Positions 15,001 to 30,000 of a DNA stretch of 64,000 bases are shown piece after piece (the first letter of the stretch is position 1; every line of letters begins with the position of its first letter). Under the pieces are notes generated by a model. It saw only the letters and a list, made by a program, of their open reading frames with translations, searched no databases and was not told where the DNA came from. Source of the stretch: Eledone cirrhosa (lineage: Eukaryota); assembly GCA_964016885.1 (NCBI GenBank), contig OZ024750.1, positions 30,876,001 to 30,940,000 on the forward strand, in the 5' to 3' direction. The translations under genes were made by a program, and so were the position numbers.

Positions 15001-18000
15001 GAAAATAAAATGAAATATCCTAGATTTCATAGTGAATCTAATCTTTTAAATATTTGAAAATTAGAGCGTTCCACATATCCATAAGTATGTATTTGTAAAT
15101 TAGAGCGTTCCACATATCCATGAATAAATCTATGTATTTATATGTTGATTTGTCTAGATGTATAAAAGGTACACAGCTCAATGTCAGTATTATGTTTTTC
15201 TTTACATAAACATTATTGCTACTAAGAAATGTTTTAAGGGAGATAAGAATAAATGAAGTAAACTAATTGTTTGATTCAATGTGATATTTATTTTGACTGA
15301 TGGCTGATAAAAGTTCCAGAAAATTTGGAAGGAAATGTAATAAAGTAAAATAAAATCAATATGAATTAGATTTTTTACGAAGAATAAGCTGCTGGTAGAA
15401 AGCGATATCATGTAGAAACCACAGAAAATAGTGGAGATTCAAATATTTGTATTAATAGTTGAACATGACATTAAGTTTGAAGAATTATTATTGATACAAT
15501 ATTTATAAACAACATTAATATAATTGTTTCTACTTTAGGCACAAGGCCAGCAATTACCCAGTGCATTACTGGTACTTTATTTTATCGACTCCGTAAGGAT
15601 GAAAGGCAAAGTCAACCTCATTAATATAATGCCAGTAATAAACGTATGAATTACAATAGGAAAATTATATATGAATGAGACAAATTTACAAATTTTTAAA
15701 GAACTCCCTTCAGATAGATATATCTTTCAATTAAATATATAGTTTCCATTTATGTGTGATGTAGGAATGAAGCACTTGCCTGATTAATTATACATATGAA
15801 ATATACCAGCTTTTATGTAATTGTTAGATGTTAACTGGGATTGTTTCAAAATGAGTCCTTATAAAAGAAGTGTAAATTTTAAAAACAAAACTAGAGATCC
15901 AAGTTGCAAATTAATGAAGGTTTATTGGAATTACCAAATATACAGCCATACATATATATTGAAAGATTTATCTACATTGATTCATGAGGAAAGTCATTTA
16001 ACATAAAACTCACGTTGACTAGTTGTTGGTACACTTGATACAACTGCTGAAGTGGCTGGTGCCAGTGTTGTTGTAAGAGGATCTGAAGTTTAGGAAAGAA
16101 ATCACAATAATCAAAATCTATGTGACTTTACAAATCAGATGTAAATAAAGATGAGTTGCATCAGGATTAATAGAAATAAATAAATAGATTGGAATTATCA
16201 CTTACGTTTACAGATTTTGGCAGACACAGATACGACCATATCTTCTGTGATATCATCAGCTTCAATTACAATCGTCACAGTTTCTTGACCATTACCACTT
16301 GGAATACCAACTGGTCTATCTGGGGTTGATGTCTGTAGAATGGATTTACATTTTTTATTAATGATAAGATTAAAATAAACAGTGATCGTCAAAAAATATA
16401 GACAATGTCGAAATTCCATTAATGAATGAAATAGAACACTGTCTGAATTATATGTCCTTATATTCTGTAAATTCTAGAATATCATTATATGAATTGAAAT
16501 ATTAATATAAAGGAAGATACATATGAAATAAGTAGAAAGAAATATGAAACTTGAATGAAAAAATCACCATCAGATTACCTTGATTGTGTATTCTGTTGAA
16601 GGATTTGATAACAAAACAGTATATGATTTCACATTTTCATGGTCAACAAGGCTTATTGTTCCACCGGCATTAAGCGTGGGACCAATTTGTAATGTGACAG
16701 TTCTTTTAGATTTAGCATTAGTTTTCCAGCCAACATTTGGTCTCACATCACTAGGTGATCCGACATTAGGACTTAAGGTGATTGCTGTATCAGGGATGAA
16801 AGTTTCATCATCCATTGCTTCTGTTATCTCACAGAACACTGTTAATTAAAACAATTACATATTATAAAGTGTCAAAATAAAATGATAATAGTACAAATGT
16901 TCTATATATGAAGGATAACATATGTAATAATTATTGCATTAATACTCACACTCAGTAGTTCTTTGGACAGTTGGAACAGCTGTCGATGTTACAGGTGCTA
17001 TTGTTGATGACACAGGTGCTATTGATGATGACACAGGTTCTAGAATTTAGAAAGAATATCTACTTAGTGAATTGTTTTAGACAATTAAAGCAGATCTTTG
17101 CACCAGAATAATTGTAAAGAAAATAAAATGAAATATCCTAGATTTCATAGTGAATCTAATCTTTTAAATATTTGAAAATTAGAGCGTTCCACATATCCAT
17201 AAGTATGTATTTGTAAATTAGAGCGTTCCACATATCCATGAATAAATCTATGTATTTATATGTTGATTTGTCTAGATGTATAAAAGGTACACAGCTCAAT
17301 GTCAGTATTATGTTTTTCTTTCCATAAACATTATTGCTACTAAGAAATGTTTTAAGGGAGATAAGAATAAATGAAGTAAACTAATTGTTTGATTCAATGT
17401 GATATTTATTTTGACTGATGGCTGATAAAAGTTCCAGAAAATTTGGAAGGAAATGTAATAAAGTAAAATAAAATCAATATGAATTAGATTTTTTACGAAG
17501 AATAAGCTGCTGGTAGAAAGCGATATCATGTAGAAACCACAGAAAATAGTGGAGATTCAAATATTTGTATTAATAGTTGAACATGACATTAAGTTTGAAG
17601 AATTATTATTGATACAATATTTATAAACAACATTAATATAATTGTTTCTACTTTAGGCACAAGGCCAGCAATTACCCAGTGTATTACTGGTTCTTTATGT
17701 TATCGACTCCGTAAGGATGAAAGGCAAAGTCAACCACATTAATATAATGCCAGTAATAAACATATGAATTACAATAGGAAAATTATATATGAATGAGACA
17801 AATTTACAAACTTTTAAAGAACTCCCTTCAGATAGATATGTCTTTCAATTAAATATATAGTTTCCATTTATGTGTGATGTAGGAATGAAGCACCTGCCTG
17901 ATTAATTATATATATGAAATATACCAGCTTTTATGTAATTGTTAGATGTTAACTGGGATTGTTTCAAAATGAGTCCTTATAAAAGAAGTGTAAATTTTAA

Positions 18001-21000
18001 AAACAAAACTAGAGATCCAAGTTGCAAATTAATGAAGGTTTATTGGAATTACCAAATATACAGCCATACATATATATTGAAAGATTTATCTACATTGATT
18101 CATGAGGAAAGTCATTTAACATAAAACTCACGTTGACTAGTTGTTGGTACACTTGATACAACTGCTGAAGTGGCTGGTGCCAGTGTTGTTGTAAGAGGAT
18201 CTGAAGTTTAGGAAAGAAATCACAATAATCAAAATCTATGTGACTTTACAAATCAGATGTAAATAAAGATGAGTTGCATCAGGATTAATAGAAATAAATA
18301 AATAGATTGGAATTATCACTTACGTTTACAGATTTTGGCAGACACAGATACGACCATATCTTCTGTGATATCATCAGCTTCAATTACAATCGTCACAGTT
18401 TCTTGACCATTACCACTTGGAATACCAACTGGTCTATCTGGGGTTGATGTCTGTAGAATGGATTTACATTTTTTATTAATGATAAGATTAAAATAAACAG
18501 TGATCGTCAAAAAATATAGACAATGTCGAAATTCCATTAATGAATGAAATAGAACACTGTCTGAATTATATGTCCTTATATTCTGTAAATTCTAGAATAT
18601 CATTATATGAATTGAAATATTAATATAAAGGAAGATACATATGAAATAAGTAGAAAGAAATATGAAACTTGAATGAAAAAATCACCATCAGATTACCTTG
18701 ATTGTGTATTCTGTTGAAGGATTTGATAACAAAACAGTATATGATTTCACATTTTCATGGTCAACAAGGCTTATTGTTCCACCGGCATTAAGCGTGGGAC
18801 CAATTTGTAATGTGACAGTTCTTTTAGATTTAGCATTAGTTTTCCAGCCAACATTTGGTCTCACATCACTAGGTGATCCGACATTAGGACTTAAGGTGAT
18901 TGCTGTATCAGGGATGAAAGTTTCATCATCCATTGCTTCTGTTATCTCACAGAACACTGTTAATTAAAACAATTACATATTATAAAGTGTCAAAATAAAA
19001 TGATAATAGTACAAATGTTCTATATATGAAGGATAACATATGTAATAATTATTGCATTAATACTCACACTCAGTAGTTCTTTGGACAGTTGGAACAGCTG
19101 TCGATGTTACAGGTGCTATTGTTGATGACACAGGTGCTATTGATGATGACACAGGTTCTAGAATTTAGAAAGAATATCTACTTAGTGAATTGTTTTAGAC
19201 AATTAAAGCAGATCTCTGCACCAGAATAATTGTAAAGAAAATAAAATGAAATATCCTAGATTTCATAGTGAATCTAATCTTTTAAATATTTGAAAATTAG
19301 AGCGTTCCACATATCCATAAGTATGTATTTGTAAATTAGAGCGTTCCACATATCCATGAATAAATCTATGTATTTATATGTTGATTTGTCTAGATGTATA
19401 AAAGGTACACAGCTCAATGTCAGTATTATGTTTTTCTTTCCATAAACATTATTGCTACTAAGAAATGTTTTAAGGGAGATAAGAATAAATGAAGTAAACT
19501 AATTGTTTGATTCAATGTGATATTTATTTTGACTGATGGCTGATAAAAGTTCCAGAAAATTTGGAAGGAAATGTAATAAAGTAAAATAAAATCAATATGA
19601 ATTAGATTTTTTACGAAGAATAAGCTGCTGGTAGAAAGCGATATCATGTAGAAACCACAGAAAATAGTGGAGATTCAAATATTTGTATTAATAGTTGAAC
19701 ATGACATTAAGTTTGAAGAATTATTATTGATACAATATTTATAAACAACATTAATATAATTGTTTCTACTTTAGGCACAAGGCCAGCAATTACCCAGTGC
19801 ATTACTGGAACTTTATTTTCTCGACTCCGTAAGGATGAAAGGCAAAGTCAACCTCATTAATATAATGCCAGTAATAAACGTATGAATTACAATAGGAAAA
19901 TTATATATGAATGAGACAAATTTACAAATTTTTAAAGAACTCCCTTCAGATAGATATATCTTTCAATTAAATATATAGTTTCCATTTATGTGTGATGTAG
20001 GAATGAAGCACTTGCCTGATTAATTATACATATGAAATATACCAGCTTTTATGTAATTGTTAGATGTTAACTGGGATTGTTTCAAAATGAGTCCTTATAA
20101 AAGAAGTGTAAATTTTAAAAACAAAACTAGAGATCCAAGTTGCAAATTAATGAAGGTTTATTGGAATTACCAAATATACAGCCATACATATATATTGAAA
20201 GATTTATCTACATTGATTCATGAGGAAAGTCATTTAACATAAAACTCACGTTGACTAGTTGTTGGTACACTTGATACAACTGCTGAAGTGGCTGGTGCCA
20301 GTGTTGTTGTAAGAGGATCTGAAGTTTAGGAAAGAAATCACAATAATCAAAATCTATGTGACTTTACAAATCAGATGTAAATAAAGATGAGTTGCATCAG
20401 GATTAATAGAAATAAATAAATAGATTGGAATTATCACTTACGTTTACAGATTTTGGCAGACACAGATACGACCATATCTTCTGTGATATCATCAGCTTCA
20501 ATTACAATCGTCACAGTTTCTTGACCATTACCACTTGGAATACCAACTGGTCTATCTGGGGTTGATGTCTGTAGAATGGATTTACATTTTTTATTAATGA
20601 TAAGATTAAAATAAACAGTGATCGTCAAAAAATATAGACAATGTCGAAATTCCATTAATGAATGAAATAGAACACTGTCTGAATTATATGTCCTTATATT
20701 CTGTAAATTCTAGAATATCATTATATGAATTGAAATATTAATATAAAGGAAGATACATATGAAATAAGTAGAAAGAAATATGAAACTTGAATGAAAAAAT
20801 CACCATCAGATTACCTTGATTGTGTATTCTGTTGAAGGATTTGATAACAAAACAGTATATGATTTCACATTTTCATGGTCAACAAGGCTTATTGTTCCAC
20901 CGGCATTAAGCGTGGGACCAATTTGTAATGTGACAGTTCTTTTAGATTTAGCATTAGTTTTCCAGCCAACATTTGGTCTCACATCACTAGGTGATCCGAC

Positions 21001-24000
21001 ATTAGGACTTAAGGTGATTGCTGTATCAGGGATGAAAGTTTCATCATCCATTGCTTCTGTTATCTCACAGAACACTGTTAATTAAAACAATTACATATTA
21101 TAAAGTGTCAAAATAAAATGATAATAGTACAAATGTTCTATATATGAAGGATAACATATGTAATAATTATTGCATTAATACTCACACTCAGTAGTTCTTT
21201 GGACAGTTGGAACAGCTGTCGATGTTACAGGTGCTATTGTTGATGACACAGGTGCTATTGATGATGACACAGGTTCTAGAATTTAGAAAGAATATCTACT
21301 TAGTGAATTGTTTTAGACAATTAAAGCAGATCTTTGCACCAGAATAATTGTAAAGAAAATAAAATGAAATATCCTAGATTTCATAGTGAATCTAATCTTT
21401 TAAATATTTGAAAATTAGAGCGTTCCACATATCCATAAGTATGTATTTGTAAATTAGAGCGTTCCACATATCCATGAATAAATCTATGTATTTATATGTT
21501 GATTTGTCTAGATGTATAAAAGGTACACAGCTCAATGTCAGTATTATGTTTTTCTTTCCATAAACATTATTGCTACTAAGAAATGTTTTAAGGGAGATAA
21601 GAATAAATGAAGTAAACTAATTGTTTGATTCAATGTGATATTTATTTTGACTGATGGCTGATAAAAGTTCCAGAAAATTTGGAAGGAAATGTAATAAAGT
21701 AAAATAAAATCAATATGAATTAGATTTTTTACGAAGAATAAGCTGCTGGTAGAAAGCGATATCATGTAGAAACCACAGAAAATAGTGGAGATTCAAATAT
21801 TTGTATTAATAGTTGAACATGACATTAAGTTTGAAGAATTATTATTGATACAATATTTATAAACAACATTAATATAATTGTTTCTACTTTAGGCACAAGG
21901 CCAGCAATTACCCAGTGTATTACTGGTTCTTTATGTTATCGACTCCGTAAGGATGAAAGGCAAAGTCAACCACATTAATATAATGCCAGTAATAAACATA
22001 TGAATTACAATAGGAAAATTATATATGAATGAGACAAATTTACAAACTTTTAAAGAACTCCCTTCAGATAGATATGTCTTTCAATTAAATATATAGTTTC
22101 CATTTATGTGTGATGTAGGAATGAAGCACCTGCCTGATTAATTATATATATGAAATATACCAGCTTTTATGTAATTGTTAGATGTTAACTGGGATTGTTT
22201 CAAAATGAGTCCTTATAAAAGAAGTGTAAATTTTAAAAACAAAACTAGAGATCCAAGTTGCAAATTAATGAAGGTTTATTGGAATTACCAAATATACAGC
22301 CATACATATATATTGAAAGATTTATCTACATTGATTCATGAGGAAAGTCATTTAACATAAAACTCACGTTGACTAGTTGTTGGTACACTTGATACAACTG
22401 CTGAAGTGGCTGGTGCCAGTGTTGTTGTAAGAGGATCTGAAGTTTAGGAAAGAAATCACAATAATCAAAATCTATGTGACTTTACAAATCAGATGTAAAT
22501 AAAGATGAGTTGCATCAGGATTAATAGAAATAAATAAATAGATTGGAATTATCACTTACGTTTACAGATTTTGGCAGACACAGATACGACCATATCTTCT
22601 GTGATATCATCAGCTTCAATTACAATCGTCACAGTTTCTTGACCATTACCACTTGGAATACCAACTGGTCTATCTGGGGTTGATGTCTGTAGAATGGATT
22701 TACATTTTTTATTAATGATAAGATTAAAATAAACAGTGATCGTCAAAAAATATAGACAATGTCGAAATTCCATTAATGAATGAAATAGAACACTGTCTGA
22801 ATTATATGTCCTTATATTCTGTAAATTCTAGAATATCATTATATGAATTGAAATATTAATATAAAGGAAGATACATATGAAATAAGTAGAAAGAAATATG
22901 AAACTTGAATGAAAAAATCACCATCAGATTACCTTGATTGTGTATTCTGTTGAAGGATTTGATAACAAAACAGTATATGATTTCACATTTTCATGGTCAA
23001 CAAGGCTTATTGTTCCACCGGCATTAAGCGTGGGACCAATTTGTAATGTGACAGTTCTTTTAGATTTAGCATTAGTTTTCCAGCCAACATTTGGTCTCAC
23101 ATCACTAGGTGATCCGACATTAGGACTTAAGGTGATTGCTGTATCAGGGATGAAAGTTTCATCATCCATTGCTTCTGTTATCTCACAGAACACTGTTAAT
23201 TAAAACAATTACATATTATAAAGTGTCAAAATAAAATGATAATAGTACAAATGTTCTATATATGAAGGATAACATATGTAATAATTATTGCATTAATACT
23301 CACACTCAGTAGTTCTTTGGACAGTTGGAACAGCTGTCGATGTTACAGGTGCTATTGTTGATGACACAGGTGCTATTGATGATGACACAGGTTCTAGAAT
23401 TTAGAAAGAATATCTACTTAGTGAATTGTTTTAGACAATTAAAGCAGATCTCTGCACCAGAATAATTGTAAAGAAAATAAAATGAAATATCCTAGATTTC
23501 ATAGTGAATCTAATCTTTTAAATATTTGAAAATTAGAGCGTTCCACATATCCATAAGTATGTATTTGTAAATTAGAGCGTTCCACATATCCATGAATAAA
23601 TCTATGTATTTATATGTTGATTTGTCTAGATGTATAAAAGGTACACAGCTCAATGTCAGTATTATGTTTTTCTTTACATAAACATTATTGCTACTAAGAA
23701 ATGTTTTAAGGGAGATAAGAATAAATGAAGTAAACTAATTGTTTGATTCAATGTGATATTTATTTTGACTGATGGCTGATAAAAGTTCCAGAAAATTTGG
23801 AAGGAAATGTAATAAAGTAAAATAAAATCAATATGAATTAGATTTTTTACGAAGAATAAGCTGCTGGTAGAAAGCGATATCATGTAGAAACCACAGAAAA
23901 TAGTGGAGATTCAAATATTTGTATTAATAGTTGAACATGACATTAAGTTTGAAGAATTATTATTGATACAATATTTATAAACAACATTAATATAATTGTT

Positions 24001-27000
24001 TCTACTTTAGGCACAAGGCCAGCAATTACCCAGTGCATTACTGGAACTTTATTTTATCGACTCCGTAAGGATGAAAGGCAAAGTCAACCTCATTAATATA
24101 ATGCCAGTAATAAACGTATGAATTACAATAGGAAAATTATATATGAATGAGACAAATTTACAAATTTTTAAAGAACTCCTTTCAGATAGATATATCTTTC
24201 AATTAAATATATAGTTTCCATTTATGTGTGATGTAGGAATGAAGCACTTGCCTGATTAATTATACATATGAAATATACCAGCTTTTATGTAATTGTTAGA
24301 TGTTAACTGGGATTGTTTCAAAATGAGTCCTTATAAAAGAACTGTAAATTTTAAAAAACAAAACTAGAGATCCAAGTTGCAAATTAATGAAGGTTTATTG
24401 GAATTACCAAATATACAGCCATACATATATATTGAAAGATTTATCTACATTGATTCATGAGGAAAGTCATTTAACATAAAACTCACGTTGACTAGTTGTT
24501 GGTACACTTGATACAACTGCTGAAGTGGCTGGTGCCAGTGTTGTTGTAAGAGGATCTGAAGTTTAGGAAAGAAATCACAATAATCAAAATCTATGTGACT
24601 TTACAAATCAGTTGTAAATAAAGATGAGTTGCATCAGGATTAATAGAAATAAATAAATAGATTGGAATTATCACTTACGTTTACAGATTTTGGCAGACAC
24701 AGATACGACCATATCTTCTGTGATATCATCAGCTTCAATTACAATCGTCACAGTTTCTTGACCATTACCACTTGGAATACCAACTGGTCTATCTGGGGTT
24801 GATGTCTGTAGAATGGATTTATATTTTTTATTAATGATAAGATTAAATTAAACAGTGATCGTCAAAAAATATAGACAATGTCGAAATTCCATTAATGAAT
24901 GAAATAGAACACTGTCTGAATTATATGTCCTTATATTCTGTAAATTCTAGAATATCATTATATGAATTGAAATATTAATATAAAGGAAGATACATATGAA
25001 ATAAGTAGAAAGAAATATGAAACTTGAATGAAAAAATCACCATCAGATTACCTTGATTGTGTATTCTGTTGAAGGATTTGATAACAAAACAGTATATGAT
25101 TTCACATTTTCATGGTCAACAAGGCTTATTGTTCCACCGGCATTAAGCGTGGGACCAATTTGTAATGTGACAGTTCTTTTAGATTTAGCATTAGTTTTCC
25201 AGCCAACATTTGGTCTCACATCACTAGGTGATCCGACATTAGGACTTAAGGTGATTGCTGTATCAGGGATGAAAGTTTCATCATCCATTGCTTCTGTTAT
25301 CTCACAGAACACTGTTAATTAAAACAATTACATATTATAAAGTGTCAAAATAAAATGATAATAGTACAAATGTTCTATATATGAAGGATAACATATGTAA
25401 TAATTATTGCATTAATACTCACACTCAGTAGTTCTTTGGACAGTTGGAACAGCTGTCGATGTTACAGGTGCTATTGTTGATGACACAGGTGCTATTGATG
25501 ATGACACAGGTTCTAGAATTTAGAAAGAATATCTACTTAGTGAATTGTTTTAGACAATTAAAGCAGATCTTTGCACCAGAATAATTGTAAAGAAAATAAA
25601 ATGAAATATCCTAGATTTCATAGTGAATCTAATCTTTTAAATATTTGAAAATTAGAGCGTTCCACATATCCATAAGTATGTATTTGTAAATTAGAGCGTT
25701 CCACATATCCATGAATAAATCTATGTATTTATATGTTGATTTGTCTAGATGTATAAAAGGTACACAGCTCAATGTCAGTATTATGTTTTTCTTTCCATAA
25801 ACATTATTGCTACTAAGAAATGTTTTAAGGGAGATAAGAATAAATGAAGTAAACTAATTGTTTGATTCAATGTGATATTTATTTTGACTGATGGCTGATA
25901 AAAGTTCCAGAAAATTTGGAAGGAAATGTAATAAAGTAAAATAAAATCAATATGAATTAGATTTTTTACGAAGAATAAGCTGCTGGTAGAAAGCGATATC
26001 ATGTAGAAACCACAGAAAATAGTGGAGATTCAAATATTTGTATTAATAGTTGAACATGACATTAAGTTTGAAGAATTATTATTGATACAATATTTATAAA
26101 CAACATTAATATAATTGTTTCTACTTTAGGCACAAGGCCAGCAATTACCCAGTGTATTACTGGTTCTTTATGTTATCGACTCCGTAAGGATGAAAGGCAA
26201 AGTCAACCACATTAATATAATGCCAGTAATAAACATATGAATTACAATAGGAAAATTATATATGAATGAGACAAATTTACAAACTTTTAAAGAACTCCCT
26301 TCAGATAGATATGTCTTTCAATTAAATATATAGTTTCCATTTATGTGTGATGTAGGAATGAAGCACCTGCCTGATTAATTATATATATGAAATATACCAG
26401 CTTTTATGTAATTGTTAGATGTTAACTGGGATTGTTTCAAAATGAGTCCTTATAAAAGAAGTGTAAATTTTAAAAACAAAACTAGAGATCCAAGTTGCAA
26501 ATTAATGAAGGTTTATTGGAATTACCAAATATACAGCCATACATATATATTGAAAGATTTATCTACATTGATTCATGAGGAAAGTCATTTAACATAAAAC
26601 TCACGTTGACTAGTTGTTGGTACACTTGATACAACTGCTGAAGTGGCTGGTGCCAGTGTTGTTGTAAGAGGATCTGAAGTTTAGGAAAGAAATCACAATA
26701 ATCAAAATCTATGTGACTTTACAAATCAGATGTAAATAAAGATGAGTTGCATCAGGATTAATAGAAATAAATAAATAGATTGGAATTATCACTTACGTTT
26801 ACAGATTTTGGCAGACACAGATACGACCATATCTTCTGTGATATCATCAGCTTCAATTACAATCGTCACAGTTTCTTGACCATTACCACTTGGAATACCA
26901 ACTGGTCTATCTGGGGTTGATGTCTGTAGAATGGATTTACATTTTTTATTAATGATAAGATTAAAATAAACAGTGATCGTCAAAAAATATAGACAATGTC

Positions 27001-30000
27001 GAAATTCCATTAATGAATGAAATAGAACACTGTCTGAATTATATGTCCTTATATTCTGTAAATTCTAGAATATCATTATATGAATTGAAATATTAATATA
27101 AAGGAAGATACATATGAAATAAGTAGAAAGAAATATGAAACTTGAATGAAAAAATCACCATCAGATTACCTTGATTGTGTATTCTGTTGAAGGATTTGAT
27201 AACAAAACAGTATATGATTTCACATTTTCATGGTCAACAAGGCTTATTGTTCCACCGGCATTAAGCGTGGGACCAATTTGTAATGTGACAGTTCTTTTAG
27301 ATTTAGCATTAGTTTTCCAGCCAACATTTGGTCTCACATCACTAGGTGATCCGACATTAGGACTTAAGGTGATTGCTGTATCAGGGATGAAAGTTTCATC
27401 ATCCATTGCTTCTGTTATCTCACAGAACACTGTTAATTAAAACAATTACATATTATAAAGTGTCAAAATAAAATGATAATAGTACAAATGTTCTATATAT
27501 GAAGGATAACATATGTAATAATTATTGCATTAATACTCACACTCAGTAGTTCTTTGGACAGTTGGAACAGCTGTCGATGTTACAGGTGCTATTGTTGATG
27601 ACACAGGTGCTATTGATGATGACACAGGTTCTAGAATTTAGAAAGAATATCTACTTAGTGAATTGTTTTAGACAATTAAAGCAGATCTCTGCACCAGAAT
27701 AATTGTAAAGAAAATAAAATGAAATATCCTAGATTTCATAGTGAATCTAATCTTTTAAATATTTGAAAATTAGAGCGTTCCACATATCCATAAGTATGTA
27801 TTTGTAAATTAGAGCGTTCCACATATCCATGAATAAATCTATGTATTTATATGTTGATTTGTCTAGATGTATAAAAGGTACACAGCTCAATGTCAGTATT
27901 ATGTTTTTCTTTACATAAACATTATTGCTACTAAGAAATGTTTTAAGGGAGATAAGAATAAATGAAGTAAACTAATTGTTTGATTCAATGTGATATTTAT
28001 TTTGACTGATGGCTGATAAAAGTTCCAGAAAATTTGGAAGGAAATGTAATAAAGTAAAATAAAATCAATATGAATTAGATTTTTTACGAAGAATAAGCTG
28101 CTGGTAGAAAGCGATATCATGTAGAAACCACAGAACATAGTGGAGATTCAAATATTTGTATTAATAGTTGAACATGACATTAAGTTTGAAGAATTATTAT
28201 TGATACAATATTTATAAACAACATTAATATAATTGTTTCTACTTTAGGCACAAGGCCAGCAATTACCCAGTGCATTACTGGAACTTTATTTTATCGACTC
28301 CGTAAGGATGAAAGGCAAAGTCAACCTCATTAATATAATGCCAGTAATAAACGTATGAATTACAATAGGAAAATTATATATGAATGAGACAAATTTACAA
28401 ATTTTTAAAGAACTCCCTTCAGATAGATATATCTTTCAATTAAATATATAGTTTCCATTTATGTGTGATGTAGGAATGAAGCACTTGCCTGATTAATTAT
28501 ACATATGAAATATACCAGCTTTTATGTAATTGTTAGATGTTAACTGGGATTGTTTCAAAATGAGTCCTTATAAAAGAACTGTAAATTTTAAAAAACAAAA
28601 CTAGAGATCCAAGTTGCAAATTAATGAAGGTTTATTGGAATTACCAAATATACAGCCATACATATATATTGAAAGATTTATCTACATTGATTCATGAGGA
28701 AAGTCATTTAACATAAAACTCACGTTGACTAGTTGTTGGTACACTTGATACAACTGCTGAAGTGGCTGGTGCCAGTGTTGTTGTAAGAGGATCTGAAGTT
28801 TAGGAAAGAAATCACAATAATCAAAATCTATGTGACTTTACAAATCAGTTGTAAATAAAGATGAGTTGCATCAGGATTAATAGAAATAAATAAATAGATT
28901 GGAATTATCACTTACGTTTACAGATTTTGGCAGACACAGATACGACCATATCTTCTGTGATATCATCAGCTTCAATTACAATCGTCACAGTTTCTTGACC
29001 ATTACCACTTGGAATACCAACTGGTCTATCTGGGGTTGATGTCTGTAGAATGGATTTATATTTTTTATTAATGATAAGATTAAATTAAACAGTGATCGTC
29101 AAAAAATATAGACAATGTCGAAATTCCATTAATGAATGAAATAGAACACTGTCTGAATTATATGTCCTTATATTCTGTAAATTCTAGAATATCATTATAT
29201 GAATTGAAATATTAATATAAAGGAAGATACATATGAAATAAGTAGAAAGAAATATGAAACTTGAATGAAAAAATCACCATCAGATTACCTTGATTGTGTA
29301 TTCTGTTGAAGGATTTGATAACAAAACAGTATATGATTTCACATTTTCATGGTCAACAAGGCTTATTGTTCCACCGGCATTAAGCGTGGGACCAATTTGT
29401 AATGTGACAGTTCTTTTAGATTTAGCATTAGTTTTCCAGCCAACATTTGGTCTCACATCACTAGGTGATCCGACATTAGGACTTAAGGTGATTGCTGTAT
29501 CAGGGATGAAAGTTTCATCATCCATTGCTTCTGTTATCTCACAGAACACTGTTAAATAAAACAATTACATATTATAAAGTGTCAAAATAAAATGATAATA
29601 GTACAATTGTTCTATATATGAAGGATAACATATGTAATAATTATTGCATTAATACTCACACTCAGTAGTTCTTTGGACAGTTGGAACAGCTGTCGAAGTT
29701 ACAGGTGCTATTGTTGATGACACAGGTGCTATTGTTGATGACACAGGTGCTATTGTTGATGACACAGGTTCTAGAATTTAGAAAGAATATCTACTTAGTG
29801 AATTGTTTTAGACAATTAAAGCAGATCTTTGCACCAGAATAATTGTAAAGAAAATAAAATGAAATATCCTAGATTTCATAGTGAATCTAATCTTTTAAAT
29901 ATTTGAAAATTAGAGCGTTCCACATATCCATGAATAAATCTATGTATTTATATGTTGATTTGTCTAGATGTATAAAAGGTACACAGCTCAATGTCAGTAT

